Below, piece by piece: positions 17,357 to 26,547 of a stretch of 32,000 bases of DNA. The stretch covers positions 30,001-62,000 of the forward strand of contig NZ_SODD01000008.1 of NCBI RefSeq assembly GCF_004365815.1, read 5' to 3'. Position 1 is the first letter of the stretch; each line of letters starts with the position of its first letter. Source of the DNA: Breznakia blatticola. GTDB lineage: Bacteria > Bacillota_I > Bacilli_A > Erysipelotrichales > Erysipelotrichaceae. The notes under the pieces were generated by a model. It was not told the origin of the DNA and ran no database searches. It saw only the letters and a program-made list of their open reading frames with translations. The translations under genes were made by a program, and so were the position numbers.

Positions 17357-17442
17357 AGTAAAACGAGGTTAAATATCCCTTTCCTATCTTCCTACCTTGT
17401 TTTACATCCTAATTAATAAAGCCCAATTTAAGGGCTTTTTTT
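17357..17442 (+). ncRNA. candidate ~85-nt pyrimidine-rich small RNA
   Basis: It runs from the promoter above to the bidirectional terminator AAAGCCC-aatttaa-GGGCTTT (17418-17442). It contains CCCTTTCCTATCTTCCTACCTT, which is complementary to 17074-17084 and 17148-17157 of the upstream candidate RNA. Confidence 0.35.
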
Positions 17443-17848
17443 ATGTTCTCTTTGAAAATTTTGTTTTACACTTTGGACAAGTGATTTCAATTTTACCTTT
17501 TCCACTAGGCACACGTACAACTTGTTTGCACTTAGGACATTTGTAGTACTTATGACTCTTATCTTCAAATCTGCGTTTTGTGCGTCTAAAAGGAGCACGG
17601 ATTTTATACCACATTCCTAGAAACTTATTGTTTTCAATACGACGGCGATATACTTTACGTGAGAAGAAACGAAACCAGAAAATGATAAGCGGAATCCACG
17701 TTATTGTGGCAGTAATCCAATTACTACCCACAAATAATGCCATTACAATGTTGAAGACTACTGCAAATGCCAACAAGAAAGTGTTCAGTTGGTCATTTCC
17801 ATAACGTCCTTGCATAAATTGATATAACTTGTATTTTAATTTATTCAT
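17441..17848 (-). CDS. membrane protein with C-terminal zinc ribbon
   Basis: Two TM helices are followed by a basic linker and the CPKC...CPKC pair. 135 aa. Confidence 0.75.
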   Translation of the reverse strand: MNKLKYKLYQFMQGRYGNDQLNTFLLAFAVVFNIVMALFVGSNWITATITWIPLIIFWFRFFSRKVYRRRIENNKFLGMWYKIRAPFRRTKRRFEDKSHKYYKCPKCKQVVRVPSGKGKIEITCPKCKTKFSKRT

Positions 17849-17976
17849 GTCTACCTCTTTTGTATTAAGATATATTATATTCCTGTTAAAGAATAATACA
17901 AGGGCTGTTGATATTTTTCAGGTAAAGTTCACAGTTTGGTGTATAATAGTAATCATAAAGTAAAGGATGGAAGTTT

Positions 17977-18588
17977 ATGGCAAAATTAAAACCAGAAACA
18001 ATGGACACCTTGGCAAGGACATCTTTGTCTGAATTGCAGCGACCACATGTGTTTGTTGTGGATATGATTAATGGCTTTATCAAAGAAGGAGCACTTAGTG
18101 ATTCTTACATTATGCATATTACAAATCCAATTCAAGATCTTGTAAAACAAGCACATGCAACGACATTTATATGTGATTCTCACAACTTGGATGCAAAAGA
18201 ATTTGATGCATATCCAATTCACTGTATTAAGGATACTAGTGAAAGTGAAGTGATTGATGAAATGCAACCACTAGTTAAACGATTGATTCATAAAAATAGT
18301 ACCAATACATTTATGGCAAAAGAATTTCAAGATCAATTACCTGACTTATTAAGTCAATTTGATGATTTTGTCTTAGTTGGTTGTTGTACAGATATTTGCA
18401 TTTTACACTTTGCATTAAGTTTACAAACATTTATCAATGAACATAATCTAAGTGATAAACGTGTTATTGTACCTGTGAATATGGTGGAAACGTATGATAT
18501 TCCAGAAGTACATTCTCGTGACAAGGCAAATCAAACTGCTTGTGAATTAATGATAAACAATGGTATTCAAGTTGTGGTAATGGAGTAA
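17977..18588 (+). CDS. pncA: isochorismatase-family cysteine hydrolase, probable nicotinamidase
   Basis: It has the VVDMINGF N-terminal motif and the catalytic-Cys region LVGCCTDICI. It lies immediately upstream of pncB. Confidence 0.75.
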   Translation: MAKLKPETMDTLARTSLSELQRPHVFVVDMINGFIKEGALSDSYIMHITNPIQDLVKQAHATTFICDSHNLDAKEFDAYPIHCIKDTSESEVIDEMQPLVKRLIHKNSTNTFMAKEFQDQLPDLLSQFDDFVLVGCCTDICILHFALSLQTFINEHNLSDKRVIVPVNMVETYDIPEVHSRDKANQTACELMINNGIQVVVME

Positions 18589-18592
18589 TATT

Positions 18593-20074
18593 ATGAAAAC
18601 ATACGATTTAAAATTTGATTTACGTGATGCACGTAATTTATCACTTGTGATGGACTTCTATGAGTTGACGATGTCTCAAGTGTACTTTAATGAAGGAAGA
18701 CAAGACCAAGTTGTAACTTTTGATTACTTCTATCGTAAAAATCCAGATAATGGAGGATTTGCAATTTTTGCAGGACTAGAAGAATTGATTGGTTACATTC
18801 AAAACTTGCATTTTAATGAAGAAGATATTTTCTATTTACAATCATTGGGACGTTTCGATGAAAAGTTTCTAGATTATTTACGTCACTTTATTTTTACAGG
18901 TAATGTATATGCAGTAAAAGAGGGAACTGTCGTATTTCCAAACGAACCAATTATTCGTGTCGAAGCACCAATTATCGAAGCACAGTTAATTGAAACGGCT
19001 TTGCTATTATGTTGTAATCATCAAAGTTTAATTGCAACAAAAGCAAATCGTGTCGTTCGTGCAAGTAAAGGTAGAAGTGTATTAGAGTTTGGAGCACGAC
19101 GTGCACATAACTTTGATGCTGCAAACTATGGAGCAAGAGCAGCATATATTGGTGGGGTATTTGGAACAAGTAATACAAAAGCAGGACAAATGTTTCATAT
19201 GCCTGTCTCAGGAACAATGGCGCATAGTTTTATTCAAAGCTATCCAAGTGAGTACGAAGCGTTTGTTGCATATGCAAAACACTTTCCAAAAGAAACATCA
19301 TTATTGCTAGATACTTATGACACATTAAACAGTGGTCTACTTAATGCCATTCGTGTGCATAAAGAAGTTCTGCTACCACAAGGAAACTACTTACAAAGTG
19401 TTCGAATTGATAGTGGGGATATTGCCTATTTATCAAAACGAATTCGTGAACGATTGGATGCAGAAGGAATGCAGGACACAAAAATTATTGCATCTAATTC
19501 ATTTGATGAATATATTATTAAGTCACTAATTGATCAAGGTGCTAAAATTGATGTTTTTGGAGTTGGTGAAAACTTAATTTGTTCAAAAAGTTCTCCAGTC
19601 TTTGGTGGAGTGTATAAACTAAGTTCAATTAAAGAAGAAGATGGAAGTTATACGCCAAAAATTAAAGTATCAGATAATGCTATCAAGCTTACAAATCCTG
19701 GAAAGAAAGAATTATATCGTGTATATTGCTTAAAAAATGGAAAAGCACTTGCTGATTTATTAACACTCTCTCACGAAGTGTTAAATGAAGAAGAAGATCT
19801 TGTGATTTATCACCCACAAGATGTTTGGAAGTTTAAAACTATTGAAAAAGGAACGTATCGTTTGGAACGCTTATTGGTTCCAATTATTGAACATGGAAAT
19901 CTTGTTTATGATTGCCCAAGTTTAGAAGATATTCGTAAACATGCAAATGCAAGTAGAGAAACGATGTGGGATGAAATCTTACGTTTTGAATATCCACAAG
20001 AATACTATGTAGATTTATCGAAGGAATTGTTAGATTTGAAACTAAGCTTATTAGAAAGTGTACGAAAAAAATAA
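18593..20074 (+). CDS. pncB: nicotinate phosphoribosyltransferase
   Basis: 493 aa with the DFYELTM N-terminal motif, EFGARRAH, GTMAHSFIQ and SVRIDSGD motifs. Confidence 0.9.
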   Translation: MKTYDLKFDLRDARNLSLVMDFYELTMSQVYFNEGRQDQVVTFDYFYRKNPDNGGFAIFAGLEELIGYIQNLHFNEEDIFYLQSLGRFDEKFLDYLRHFIFTGNVYAVKEGTVVFPNEPIIRVEAPIIEAQLIETALLLCCNHQSLIATKANRVVRASKGRSVLEFGARRAHNFDAANYGARAAYIGGVFGTSNTKAGQMFHMPVSGTMAHSFIQSYPSEYEAFVAYAKHFPKETSLLLDTYDTLNSGLLNAIRVHKEVLLPQGNYLQSVRIDSGDIAYLSKRIRERLDAEGMQDTKIIASNSFDEYIIKSLIDQGAKIDVFGVGENLICSKSSPVFGGVYKLSSIKEEDGSYTPKIKVSDNAIKLTNPGKKELYRVYCLKNGKALADLLTLSHEVLNEEEDLVIYHPQDVWKFKTIEKGTYRLERLLVPIIEHGNLVYDCPSLEDIRKHANASRETMWDEILRFEYPQEYYVDLSKELLDLKLSLLESVRKK

Positions 20075-20100
20075 AAGAGAATCGCGGATTCTCTTTTTAT
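20072..20100. terminator. bidirectional terminator between pncB and the TetR gene
   Basis: AGAGAATC-gcg-GATTCTCT flanked by A and T runs. Confidence 0.7.
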
Positions 20101-20678
20101 TTTGGGATTTCATTTAAGCTTTTCAAACCGTGGTATACAAGATTTGCAGTTAGTTTTTGATATTCAAGAAAGCTGATTTCATCTGGTTGTTCAAGCCACA
20201 TACGATAACAATGTACGATATTTTCAAGTACATAAGATGAAATGATTTGCGCAACCTTATCATTACAATGGTATTTCTTTAAAATATACGTTTTTACGTG
20301 TTTTACATATCGCTTTTTTACACCGTTGAATATAAACATATAGGAGTTTGCTTGCATTAGATAATTGTAAAACGATTGATCACAGTTGATGAAATCATAT
20401 ACAACTTGCATTAGCAGTTCATAGTTTATTTCATCAACATCTTTGAAGTTGTGATCATTGACCATCATCAATTGATTATAGATGGTATCTTGCAGTTCAA
20501 TGAAATAATCATCAAGGGATGGATAGTGTATGTAAAAGGTCTTGCGATGAATGTTACAGCGTTTAGTTACTTCTTGAACGGTAATTTTGTGGAAGGGCAT
20601 TTCTACTATCATCGCTTTCAGTGTTTGATCAATATGATGTTTTGTCTCTAATCCTTTTTCAATTTGTGATGTATTCAT
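20097..20678 (-). CDS. TetR/AcrR family transcriptional regulator
   Basis: N-terminal HTH region FHKITVQEVTKRCNIHRKTFYIHY. I prefer the ATG at 20678 (GAGGTAG RBS 7 nt upstream) over the track start at 20711. Confidence 0.8.
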   Translation of the reverse strand: MNTSQIEKGLETKHHIDQTLKAMIVEMPFHKITVQEVTKRCNIHRKTFYIHYPSLDDYFIELQDTIYNQLMMVNDHNFKDVDEINYELLMQVVYDFINCDQSFYNYLMQANSYMFIFNGVKKRYVKHVKTYILKKYHCNDKVAQIISSYVLENIVHCYRMWLEQPDEISFLEYQKLTANLVYHGLKSLNEIPK

Positions 20679-20711
20679 TTTTCTACCTCGTTCGTCAATT
20701 GTTTTACACAC

Positions 20712-20731
20712 ACCAGATTTTAAAATCTGGT
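20712..20731. promoter_or_regulatory. perfect 20-bp palindrome ACCAGATTTT/AAAATCTGGT, candidate TetR operator
   Basis: It lies in the divergent intergenic region, 2 nt from the -35 of the ohyA promoter and just downstream of a TACAAT on the - strand. Confidence 0.55.
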
Positions 20732-20733
20732 TA

Positions 20734-20762
20734 TTGTACCTCTATTGTACGCTAAATATAAT
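20734..20762 (+). promoter_or_regulatory. promoter of the oleate hydratase gene (TTGTAC-17-TATAAT)
   Basis: Read directly from the sequence, with consensus spacing. Confidence 0.6.
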
Positions 20763-20844
20763 AGGAGCATGCAACTAATGCACATGAACTAATTAATTAT
20801 ATAGTGGAAATGTATGCAGGAATGTTGAGATACAGGAGGAAGAT

Positions 20845-22614
20845 ATGAAATATACAAATGGAAATTATGAAGCATTTGCTAGACCAAGAAAACCACAAGG
20901 AGTTGATGATAAGTCTGCACATATTGTAGGTTCAGGTTTAGCAGGACTTGCTGCAGCGGTCTTCTTAATTCGTGATGGTCAAATGAAAGGTAGTAATATT
21001 CATATTTATGAAGAGTTAGGTATCAATGGTGGTTCTTTGGATGGAACATTTATACCACACGATGGATTTGTTGTCCGTGGTGGACGTGAAATGGAAAATC
21101 ACTTTGAGTGTTTATGGGACTTATTTCGTTCTGTGCCATCACTAGAAGTAGAAAATGCATCTGTACTTGATGAGTTTTACTGGTTAGATAAAGATGATCC
21201 AAACTCTTCAAATTGTAGAATTATCGAAAAACGCGGACAAAGAGTTACTGATGATGGTATGTTTACTTTAACAAAACAAGCCCAAAAAGAGATAGTTGAA
21301 TTATTTATGACAAGTGAAGATCGTCTAATTGGTAAGAAAATAGAAGATGTATTTACAGATGAATTCTTCGCATCGAATTTCTGGATTTACTGGAGTAGTA
21401 TGTTTGCTTTTGAAACATGGCATTCAGCTATTGAAATGCGTCGATATATTATGCGTTTTATTCACCATATTAAAGGATTACCTGATTTCACTGCATTAAA
21501 ATTCACAAAGTATAATCAATATGAGTCATTAGTCAAACCATTGTTGAGTTACTTGGAAAAAGAAGGTGTACATTTTGAGATGAATACACGAGTGGATAAT
21601 GTACTTGTTGATATAACAGAGCATAAAAAAGTCGCAAAAATCTTAAAGCTTGTTAAGGATGATGAGCCTATGGAAGTTGTACTATCAGAAAATGATTTAG
21701 TCTTTGTAACAAATGGTTCTATCACTGAAAGTTCAACTCAAGGTGATCACAATACACCTGCACGAATCACACATGAATTAGGTGGAAGTTGGAAGTTATG
21801 GAAAAACTTAGCAAGTCAAAGTAAAGAGTTTGGTAATCCGGATGTGTTCTGCGAAAATCTACCAGAAAAAAGTTGGTATGTTTCAGCAACAGTAACGTTT
21901 AAAAACTTTGATATCGAACCATATTTAGAACGTTTGACACACCGTAAAATGCGCTCAGGCAAAGTGGTGACTGGTGGAATTGTCACAGTGAAAGATTCAA
22001 ATTGGATGTTATCATTTACAATGCATAGACAACCACACTTCAAGGAACAAAAAGACAATGAAAGCGTTGCATGGGTATATGCGCTATATTCTGGAATTCC
22101 AGGAAACTACATCAAAAAACCAGTTGAAGAATGCTCGGGTAAAGAAATTGCTGCGGAGTTGATGTATCACTTAGGTGTACCAGAAAATCAAATTGATGCG
22201 ATGGTAAATAGTTGTGTCTCAATTCCAGTGTATATGCCATTTATCACTTCGTATTTTATGGTACGTAAAGAAGGTGACCGTCCACTTGTTGTACCAAAAG
22301 ATGCAACGAATTTAGCCTTTATTGGAAATTTTGCGGATACAAAAAGAGATACCGTTTTCACAACTGAATATTCAGTTCGTACGGCAATGGAAGCTGTATA
22401 TCAATTACTTGATATTGAACGTGGTGTTCCTGAGGTCTTTGCATCAGCTTACGATCTTCGTGAACTTGCCAATTCAGTATATTATCTATCAGATAAAAAG
22501 AAACTTAGTGAAATGGAATTACCATTTGTTGAAAAGCATTTGGTTAAACATTTCATGAAGAAAATAGATGGAACATATATTGAAGAATTACTTAAAAATG
22601 CAAAACTTTTATAA
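20845..22614 (+). CDS. ohyA: oleate hydratase (MCRA family, FAD-dependent)
   Basis: The N-terminus [12 protein letters not shown]...[21 protein letters not shown] (FAD fold) and the 589-aa length are typical of the family. Confidence 0.9.
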   Translation: MKYTNGNYEAFARPRKPQGVDDKSAHIVGSGLAGLAAAVFLIRDGQMKGSNIHIYEELGINGGSLDGTFIPHDGFVVRGGREMENHFECLWDLFRSVPSLEVENASVLDEFYWLDKDDPNSSNCRIIEKRGQRVTDDGMFTLTKQAQKEIVELFMTSEDRLIGKKIEDVFTDEFFASNFWIYWSSMFAFETWHSAIEMRRYIMRFIHHIKGLPDFTALKFTKYNQYESLVKPLLSYLEKEGVHFEMNTRVDNVLVDITEHKKVAKILKLVKDDEPMEVVLSENDLVFVTNGSITESSTQGDHNTPARITHELGGSWKLWKNLASQSKEFGNPDVFCENLPEKSWYVSATVTFKNFDIEPYLERLTHRKMRSGKVVTGGIVTVKDSNWMLSFTMHRQPHFKEQKDNESVAWVYALYSGIPGNYIKKPVEECSGKEIAAELMYHLGVPENQIDAMVNSCVSIPVYMPFITSYFMVRKEGDRPLVVPKDATNLAFIGNFADTKRDTVFTTEYSVRTAMEAVYQLLDIERGVPEVFASAYDLRELANSVYYLSDKKKLSEMELPFVEKHLVKHFMKKIDGTYIEELLKNAKLL

Positions 22615-22626
22615 GTATGTGTATAT

Positions 22627-22667
22627 AAAAAATGAAGCACTTGAATCATCAAGTTGCTTCATTTTTG
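22627..22667. terminator. bidirectional terminator between ohyA and the hydrolase gene
   Basis: ATGAAGCACTTGA-atca-TCAAGT(T)GCTTCAT flanked by A and T runs. Confidence 0.75.
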
Positions 22668-23422
22668 TTTTGTATATCGACAGGTTGTTCTTCATTGTTT
22701 TCAGCATATGGATCAAATGCCTGTGGTCGAAGTTTTGTCACGATTCGATCATGCATAAAAGCATCAAATAATTCGTAGACTTCGTTGTTTGTATTTGTCA
22801 TTAGCATTAAGCGATGAACACCCTCATGTAAGGTGTATAAACGCTTCTCCTCGTGTTTTATCTTATTGTATGCATTAATGCTACTGCGTAATGGAATTAC
22901 AGGATCACTGTCACCGTGAATGAATAGAACTGGACAAGTGACTGCTGCAATATCATCCTTACATGCACTAACGACTTCACGAAATGCTTGTGTATGTTTT
23001 ACTGACATATCGGATGGGTTTTTCTGTTGCGAGAGTAATTTTCCGACAACTTCTAAAACCGTTTTTGCACTAATATATTCAAATGCAGGGGCAAGCAGTA
23101 TCAACTTCTTTACTGGATATTTACTTGCTATATGACTTGCAAGTACACCACCCATAGAAAAGCCGATAACATATACTTCATGATGTTTTTGAAGGAGTTG
23201 TTCCATTTGTATTTCACATCGCTGAATCCATTGATTTGCATTGGTATCTGCTTCATCTTTGTAGTCAAAGATATCAAAAGTTACAAACTCATAATCCTCT
23301 TGTCCCCATAGTTTAAAGTTATCATATTCGTGTGAACGGCGACGCCCAAATCCATGGATACAAAGAATCACAGGTTTCTTATAAAAGCGACGATGGAACC
23401 ATTTCTTTATAAATTGAATCAT
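22649..23422 (-). CDS. alpha/beta hydrolase (serine esterase/lipase-like)
   Basis: VILCIHGFG, nucleophile elbow GFSMGG, and C-terminal IHGDSDPV..H. I moved the start to Met48 of the track ORF. The upstream 47 codons overlap the divergent metNIQ promoter region. TGtCATAAT sits 6 nt before this ATG, a leaderless geometry. Confidence 0.75.
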   Translation of the reverse strand: MIQFIKKWFHRRFYKKPVILCIHGFGRRRSHEYDNFKLWGQEDYEFVTFDIFDYKDEADTNANQWIQRCEIQMEQLLQKHHEVYVIGFSMGGVLASHIASKYPVKKLILLAPAFEYISAKTVLEVVGKLLSQQKNPSDMSVKHTQAFREVVSACKDDIAAVTCPVLFIHGDSDPVIPLRSSINAYNKIKHEEKRLYTLHEGVHRLMLMTNTNNEVYELFDAFMHDRIVTKLRPQAFDPYAENNEEQPVDIQNKNEAT

Positions 23423-23487
23423 AGGTATATTATGACATAAAAGTAATGTGTCGTCACAAATTTTGAAAAAAAGATATGTAAAATCTG

Positions 23488-23516
23488 TTGACAATAAAAA
23501 ATGAATAGCATAAAAT
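23488..23516 (+). promoter_or_regulatory. promoter of the met T-box leader (TTGACA-17-TAAAAT)
   Basis: Read directly from the sequence. Confidence 0.7.
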
Positions 23517-23522
23517 GAACTC

Positions 23523-23785
23523 AATACAAAACAAATACGATGAAAAGAAGAGTAGAGTTTCAAAAGTCTTCATAGAGAGTCCTGGTTGGTGAAAAAGGAT
23601 AAGATAAGTCGAACTTGAATATGGTCTTGGAGTAGTACAGTTGAGAGCTTGCTTTAGATTGTACCGTGTGCACCCGTTAACGTGCTAGAGTTTGATAGAA
23701 CTTGAAGAGGTTATTGTAGTGATGCAATAATGAACTAAGGTGGTAACACGATGACATTCGTCCTTATGGGTGAATGTTTTTTTTA
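23523..23785 (+). promoter_or_regulatory. T-box riboswitch leader, probable Met specifier (AUG at 23621-23623)
   Basis: It has AGAGAGTCCTGGTTGGTGAAA (AG bulge/distal loop region) and the specifier-loop-like GAATATGG. The T-box sequence AAGGTGGTAACACG (23737-23750) is present. A terminator with a 10-bp stem (23754-23777) and a T run follows. The Met-transporter operon lies downstream. Confidence 0.8.
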
Positions 23786-23801
23786 TGATTTTGGAGGATA
23801 T

Positions 23802-24836
23802 ATGGAAAAGGTTGTCTTAAAACACATTTCGAAAACGTTTCAAGTAAAAACACATGATGTGCATGCAGTAAAAGATGTATCGCTAAGTGTGGATGAAGGC
23901 GATATCTTTGGTGTCATTGGATTTAGTGGAGCAGGAAAAAGTACACTTATACGTTGTATCAATTTGCTTGAAAGACCAACGAGTGGTGAAGTATGGGTAA
24001 ATGGGAAAAACTTAATTGAATTACCAGCAAAGCAATTGCGTGAAGAACGTAAGAAAATCGGAATGATTTTTCAACATTTCAATCTGATGCGTTCAAGAAC
24101 GGTTGCACAAAATATTGCCTATCCATTAAAAGGTAGTGGAAAAAGTAAAGCTGAAATCGAAGCAAAAGTAAGTGAATTACTTGAACTTGTAGAATTGTCA
24201 GATAAAGCAAAAGCATATCCAAGTCAACTGTCTGGTGGACAAAAACAAAGAGTTGCCATTGCAAGAGCGCTTGCAAATGATCCAAGCATCTTGCTTTGTG
24301 ATGAAGCAACAAGTGCACTGGATCCACAAACAACACAATCGATATTGCAATTACTAAAAGAAGTTAATGAGAAATTAAAACTTACAATTGTTATCATCAC
24401 GCATGAAATGGCGGTTGTAAAACAAATTTGTAATCGTGTTGCGATTATGGAAAATGGAGTCGTGGTTGAACAAGGAAATATTGTGGATATCTTCAGTAAC
24501 CCACAAAATCAGACAACAAAGAATTTCATTAATACGACAACTTCGATTAATGAAATATATGAAATGATTGAAGAAGAAAATCCACTTGTTAAGTTGGAAG
24601 AAAATGAAACGATGCTTCGTTTAACATATGGTTCAAGTAACACCGATGAACCAATCATGTCAGAATTGGTTAACCAATTTAATTTAGAATTTAATATCGT
24701 ATTTGCGAATGTTGAAGTACTAAGTGCAACTCCAATTGGAAATCTCGTTGTAAAACTAAAAGGTGAAACCAAAGATAGACAAGATGCTATTTCATATATC
24801 GAAAAACAAGGTGTGAAAGTTGAGGTGTTAAATTAA
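23802..24836 (+). CDS. metN: methionine ABC transporter ATP-binding protein
   Basis: Walker A GFSGAGKST, signature LSGGQKQR, Walker B ILLCDE, and a C-terminal NIL/ACT-like domain. The start at 23802 has a GGAGG RBS. The track extension from 23751 covers the T-box terminator. Confidence 0.9.
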   Translation: MEKVVLKHISKTFQVKTHDVHAVKDVSLSVDEGDIFGVIGFSGAGKSTLIRCINLLERPTSGEVWVNGKNLIELPAKQLREERKKIGMIFQHFNLMRSRTVAQNIAYPLKGSGKSKAEIEAKVSELLELVELSDKAKAYPSQLSGGQKQRVAIARALANDPSILLCDEATSALDPQTTQSILQLLKEVNEKLKLTIVIITHEMAVVKQICNRVAIMENGVVVEQGNIVDIFSNPQNQTTKNFINTTTSINEIYEMIEEENPLVKLEENETMLRLTYGSSNTDEPIMSELVNQFNLEFNIVFANVEVLSATPIGNLVVKLKGETKDRQDAISYIEKQGVKVEVLN

Positions 24837-25573
24837 TGGGAAGTCAAATTTCACAATTCTTTGAATTGATCATTGGTAAAGTTATTGAATTAATTGATCA
24901 TATACTACCAATGGAATTTATGAATGATCCAATTATGGTGAAAGAATTAGTTAATGCAACTTGGGAAACCATATGGATGTTACTTGCATCTGGTATTGTT
25001 GCATTATTACTTGGACTACTTGTTGGAGTGATTGTGACAGTTACAAACAAAGATGGCTTGTTGGAAAACAAAATTATCTACTTTGTATTTGATAAATTTA
25101 TCAATTTCTTTAGAGCAGTACCATTTGTTATTTTGATTCCATTGATGATGGGATTATCAAGAGTACTTGTAGGTACGGCGACAGGGACCACAGGAATGCT
25201 TGTGACACTTGTTTTTGGAATTATTCCATTCTTTGCTAGACAAGTACAAAGTGCATTGGCAGATGTGGATTCTGGATTGATTGAGGCAAGTATCTCAATG
25301 GGGGATTCCCCCTTACAAATTATTACAAGAGTTTACATTAAAGAAAGTATTCCAGGATTGATACGTTCTATATCGATGACACTTGTTTCTGCATTAGGAC
25401 TTACAGCAATGGCAGGACAAGTTGGTGGTGGAGGATTAGGTGCCTTCGCTATTCGTTATGGATATCAAAGACATGAACTTGATGCAACATGGACAACGGT
25501 AGTCATTATATTAGTTATTGTTGTAATTATTGAATCAAGTGCAAATTATTTCGCAAAAAAATTAACACATTAA
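24836..25573 (+). CDS. metI: methionine ABC transporter permease
   Basis: Polytopic, with an EAA-like loop (ALADVDSGLIEASISMGDSPLQII). It overlaps the metN stop. Confidence 0.88.
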   Translation: MGSQISQFFELIIGKVIELIDHILPMEFMNDPIMVKELVNATWETIWMLLASGIVALLLGLLVGVIVTVTNKDGLLENKIIYFVFDKFINFFRAVPFVILIPLMMGLSRVLVGTATGTTGMLVTLVFGIIPFFARQVQSALADVDSGLIEASISMGDSPLQIITRVYIKESIPGLIRSISMTLVSALGLTAMAGQVGGGGLGAFAIRYGYQRHELDATWTTVVIILVIVVIIESSANYFAKKLTH

Positions 25574-25599
25574 AAGTGTATCTTAAGGAGGATAAGAAG

Positions 25600-26436
25600 A
25601 TGAAAAAAATTATTGCAAGCTTAATTGTTGGTTTATTGGTTTTAACAGGATGTGGAGGATCAGATGATAGTGCTGGCGCTGATGACAAACTAGAAAAGAT
25701 TACAGTTGCAGCAAGTGCGACACCACATGCTGAAATTTTAGAAGAAGTAAAAGAAGATTTAAAAGAAGCAGGATATGAATTAGAAGTAAAAGTATTTGAT
25801 GATTACATTTTACCAAATACAGTTGTAGATGATGGAGAAATTGATGCAAACTTCTTCCAACATGAACCATACTTAATCAGTTTTAATGAAGATAATGGAA
25901 CAGACTTAGTAGCTGTAGCAAATATTCACATTGAACCTTTAGGAATTTATGCAAAGGATAATGAAAAAACAAACTCAGATTTTTCAGTTGCTGATGTAAA
26001 AGAAGGAGCAGTTATTACTATTCCAAATGATCCATCAAATGAATACCGTGCATTACTATTGTTACAAGAAAAAGGCATTATCAAAATCAAAGATAGCAAC
26101 AACTTAAAATCAACAGTTGTAGATATTGTAGAGAATCCAAAAAATGTAGAAATCAAAGAAGTGGAAGCAGCTGGAATTCCAGCAACACTACCAGATGTTG
26201 ATTACGCTGTAATTAATGGAAACTATGCACTTACAAATAAAGTTGAAGATAAACTAATTGTTGCAGAAACAAAAGATTCAAAAGGTGCATTAAAATATGC
26301 AAACATCCTTGCAGTTAAAAAAGGAAACGAAGACAGTGCAAAAACAAAAGCTTTAATTAAAGCGTTACACACAGAAAAAGTTAAAACATTCATTGAAGAA
26401 ACATTTGGTGACTTAGTCATTCCAGCTTTTGATTAA
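25600..26436 (+). CDS. metQ: MetQ/NlpA family methionine-binding lipoprotein
   Basis: MKKIIASLIVGLLVLTGCGG lipobox, FFQHEPYL and NIL..KKGNE motifs. AAGGAGG RBS. Confidence 0.88.
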   Translation: MKKIIASLIVGLLVLTGCGGSDDSAGADDKLEKITVAASATPHAEILEEVKEDLKEAGYELEVKVFDDYILPNTVVDDGEIDANFFQHEPYLISFNEDNGTDLVAVANIHIEPLGIYAKDNEKTNSDFSVADVKEGAVITIPNDPSNEYRALLLLQEKGIIKIKDSNNLKSTVVDIVENPKNVEIKEVEAAGIPATLPDVDYAVINGNYALTNKVEDKLIVAETKDSKGALKYANILAVKKGNEDSAKTKALIKALHTEKVKTFIEETFGDLVIPAFD

Positions 26437-26444
26437 TTATTTTG

Positions 26445-26475
26445 ACCCAATAGATAATATCTGTTGGGTTTTCTT
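26445..26475 (+). terminator. intrinsic terminator after metQ
   Basis: ACCCAATAGAT-aat-ATCTGTTGGGT followed by TTTCTT. Confidence 0.7.
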
Positions 26476-26547
26476 ATGTGCATGAATCAATAATAGACAA
26501 GCATTTCTTATTTGTATGGTATAATCAATGCAAGGAGCGTGAGGTCT

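Larger units (their letters stand above)
17028..17394. repeat. cluster of eight TAGGAA/TTCCTA hexamers in a gene-free region
   Basis: TAGGAA occurs at 17028, 17076, 17144, 17152 and 17223. TTCCTA occurs at 17137, 17381 and 17389. Two near-identical hairpin units, CCTACTA-N5-GTAGGAAATG, lie at 17014-17037 and 17139-17160. Confidence 0.85.

Noticed and set aside
17183-17416. 77-aa ORF in the gene-free region.
   Set aside because: It has no RBS. It runs straight through a strong terminator and a consensus promoter. Its sequence is low-complexity and unlike a real protein.
15597-17440. Genomic island integrated next to tRNA-His.
   Set aside because: There is no integrase or recombinase, no direct repeat of the tRNA 3' end, and no obvious compositional shift. 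The flanking genes look chromosomal.
23423-23563. N-terminal 47-codon extension of the alpha/beta hydrolase ORF.
   Set aside because: The extension is hydrophobic junk-like sequence that overlaps the divergent metNIQ promoter and the start of the T-box leader. The conserved hydrolase domain begins after Met48.
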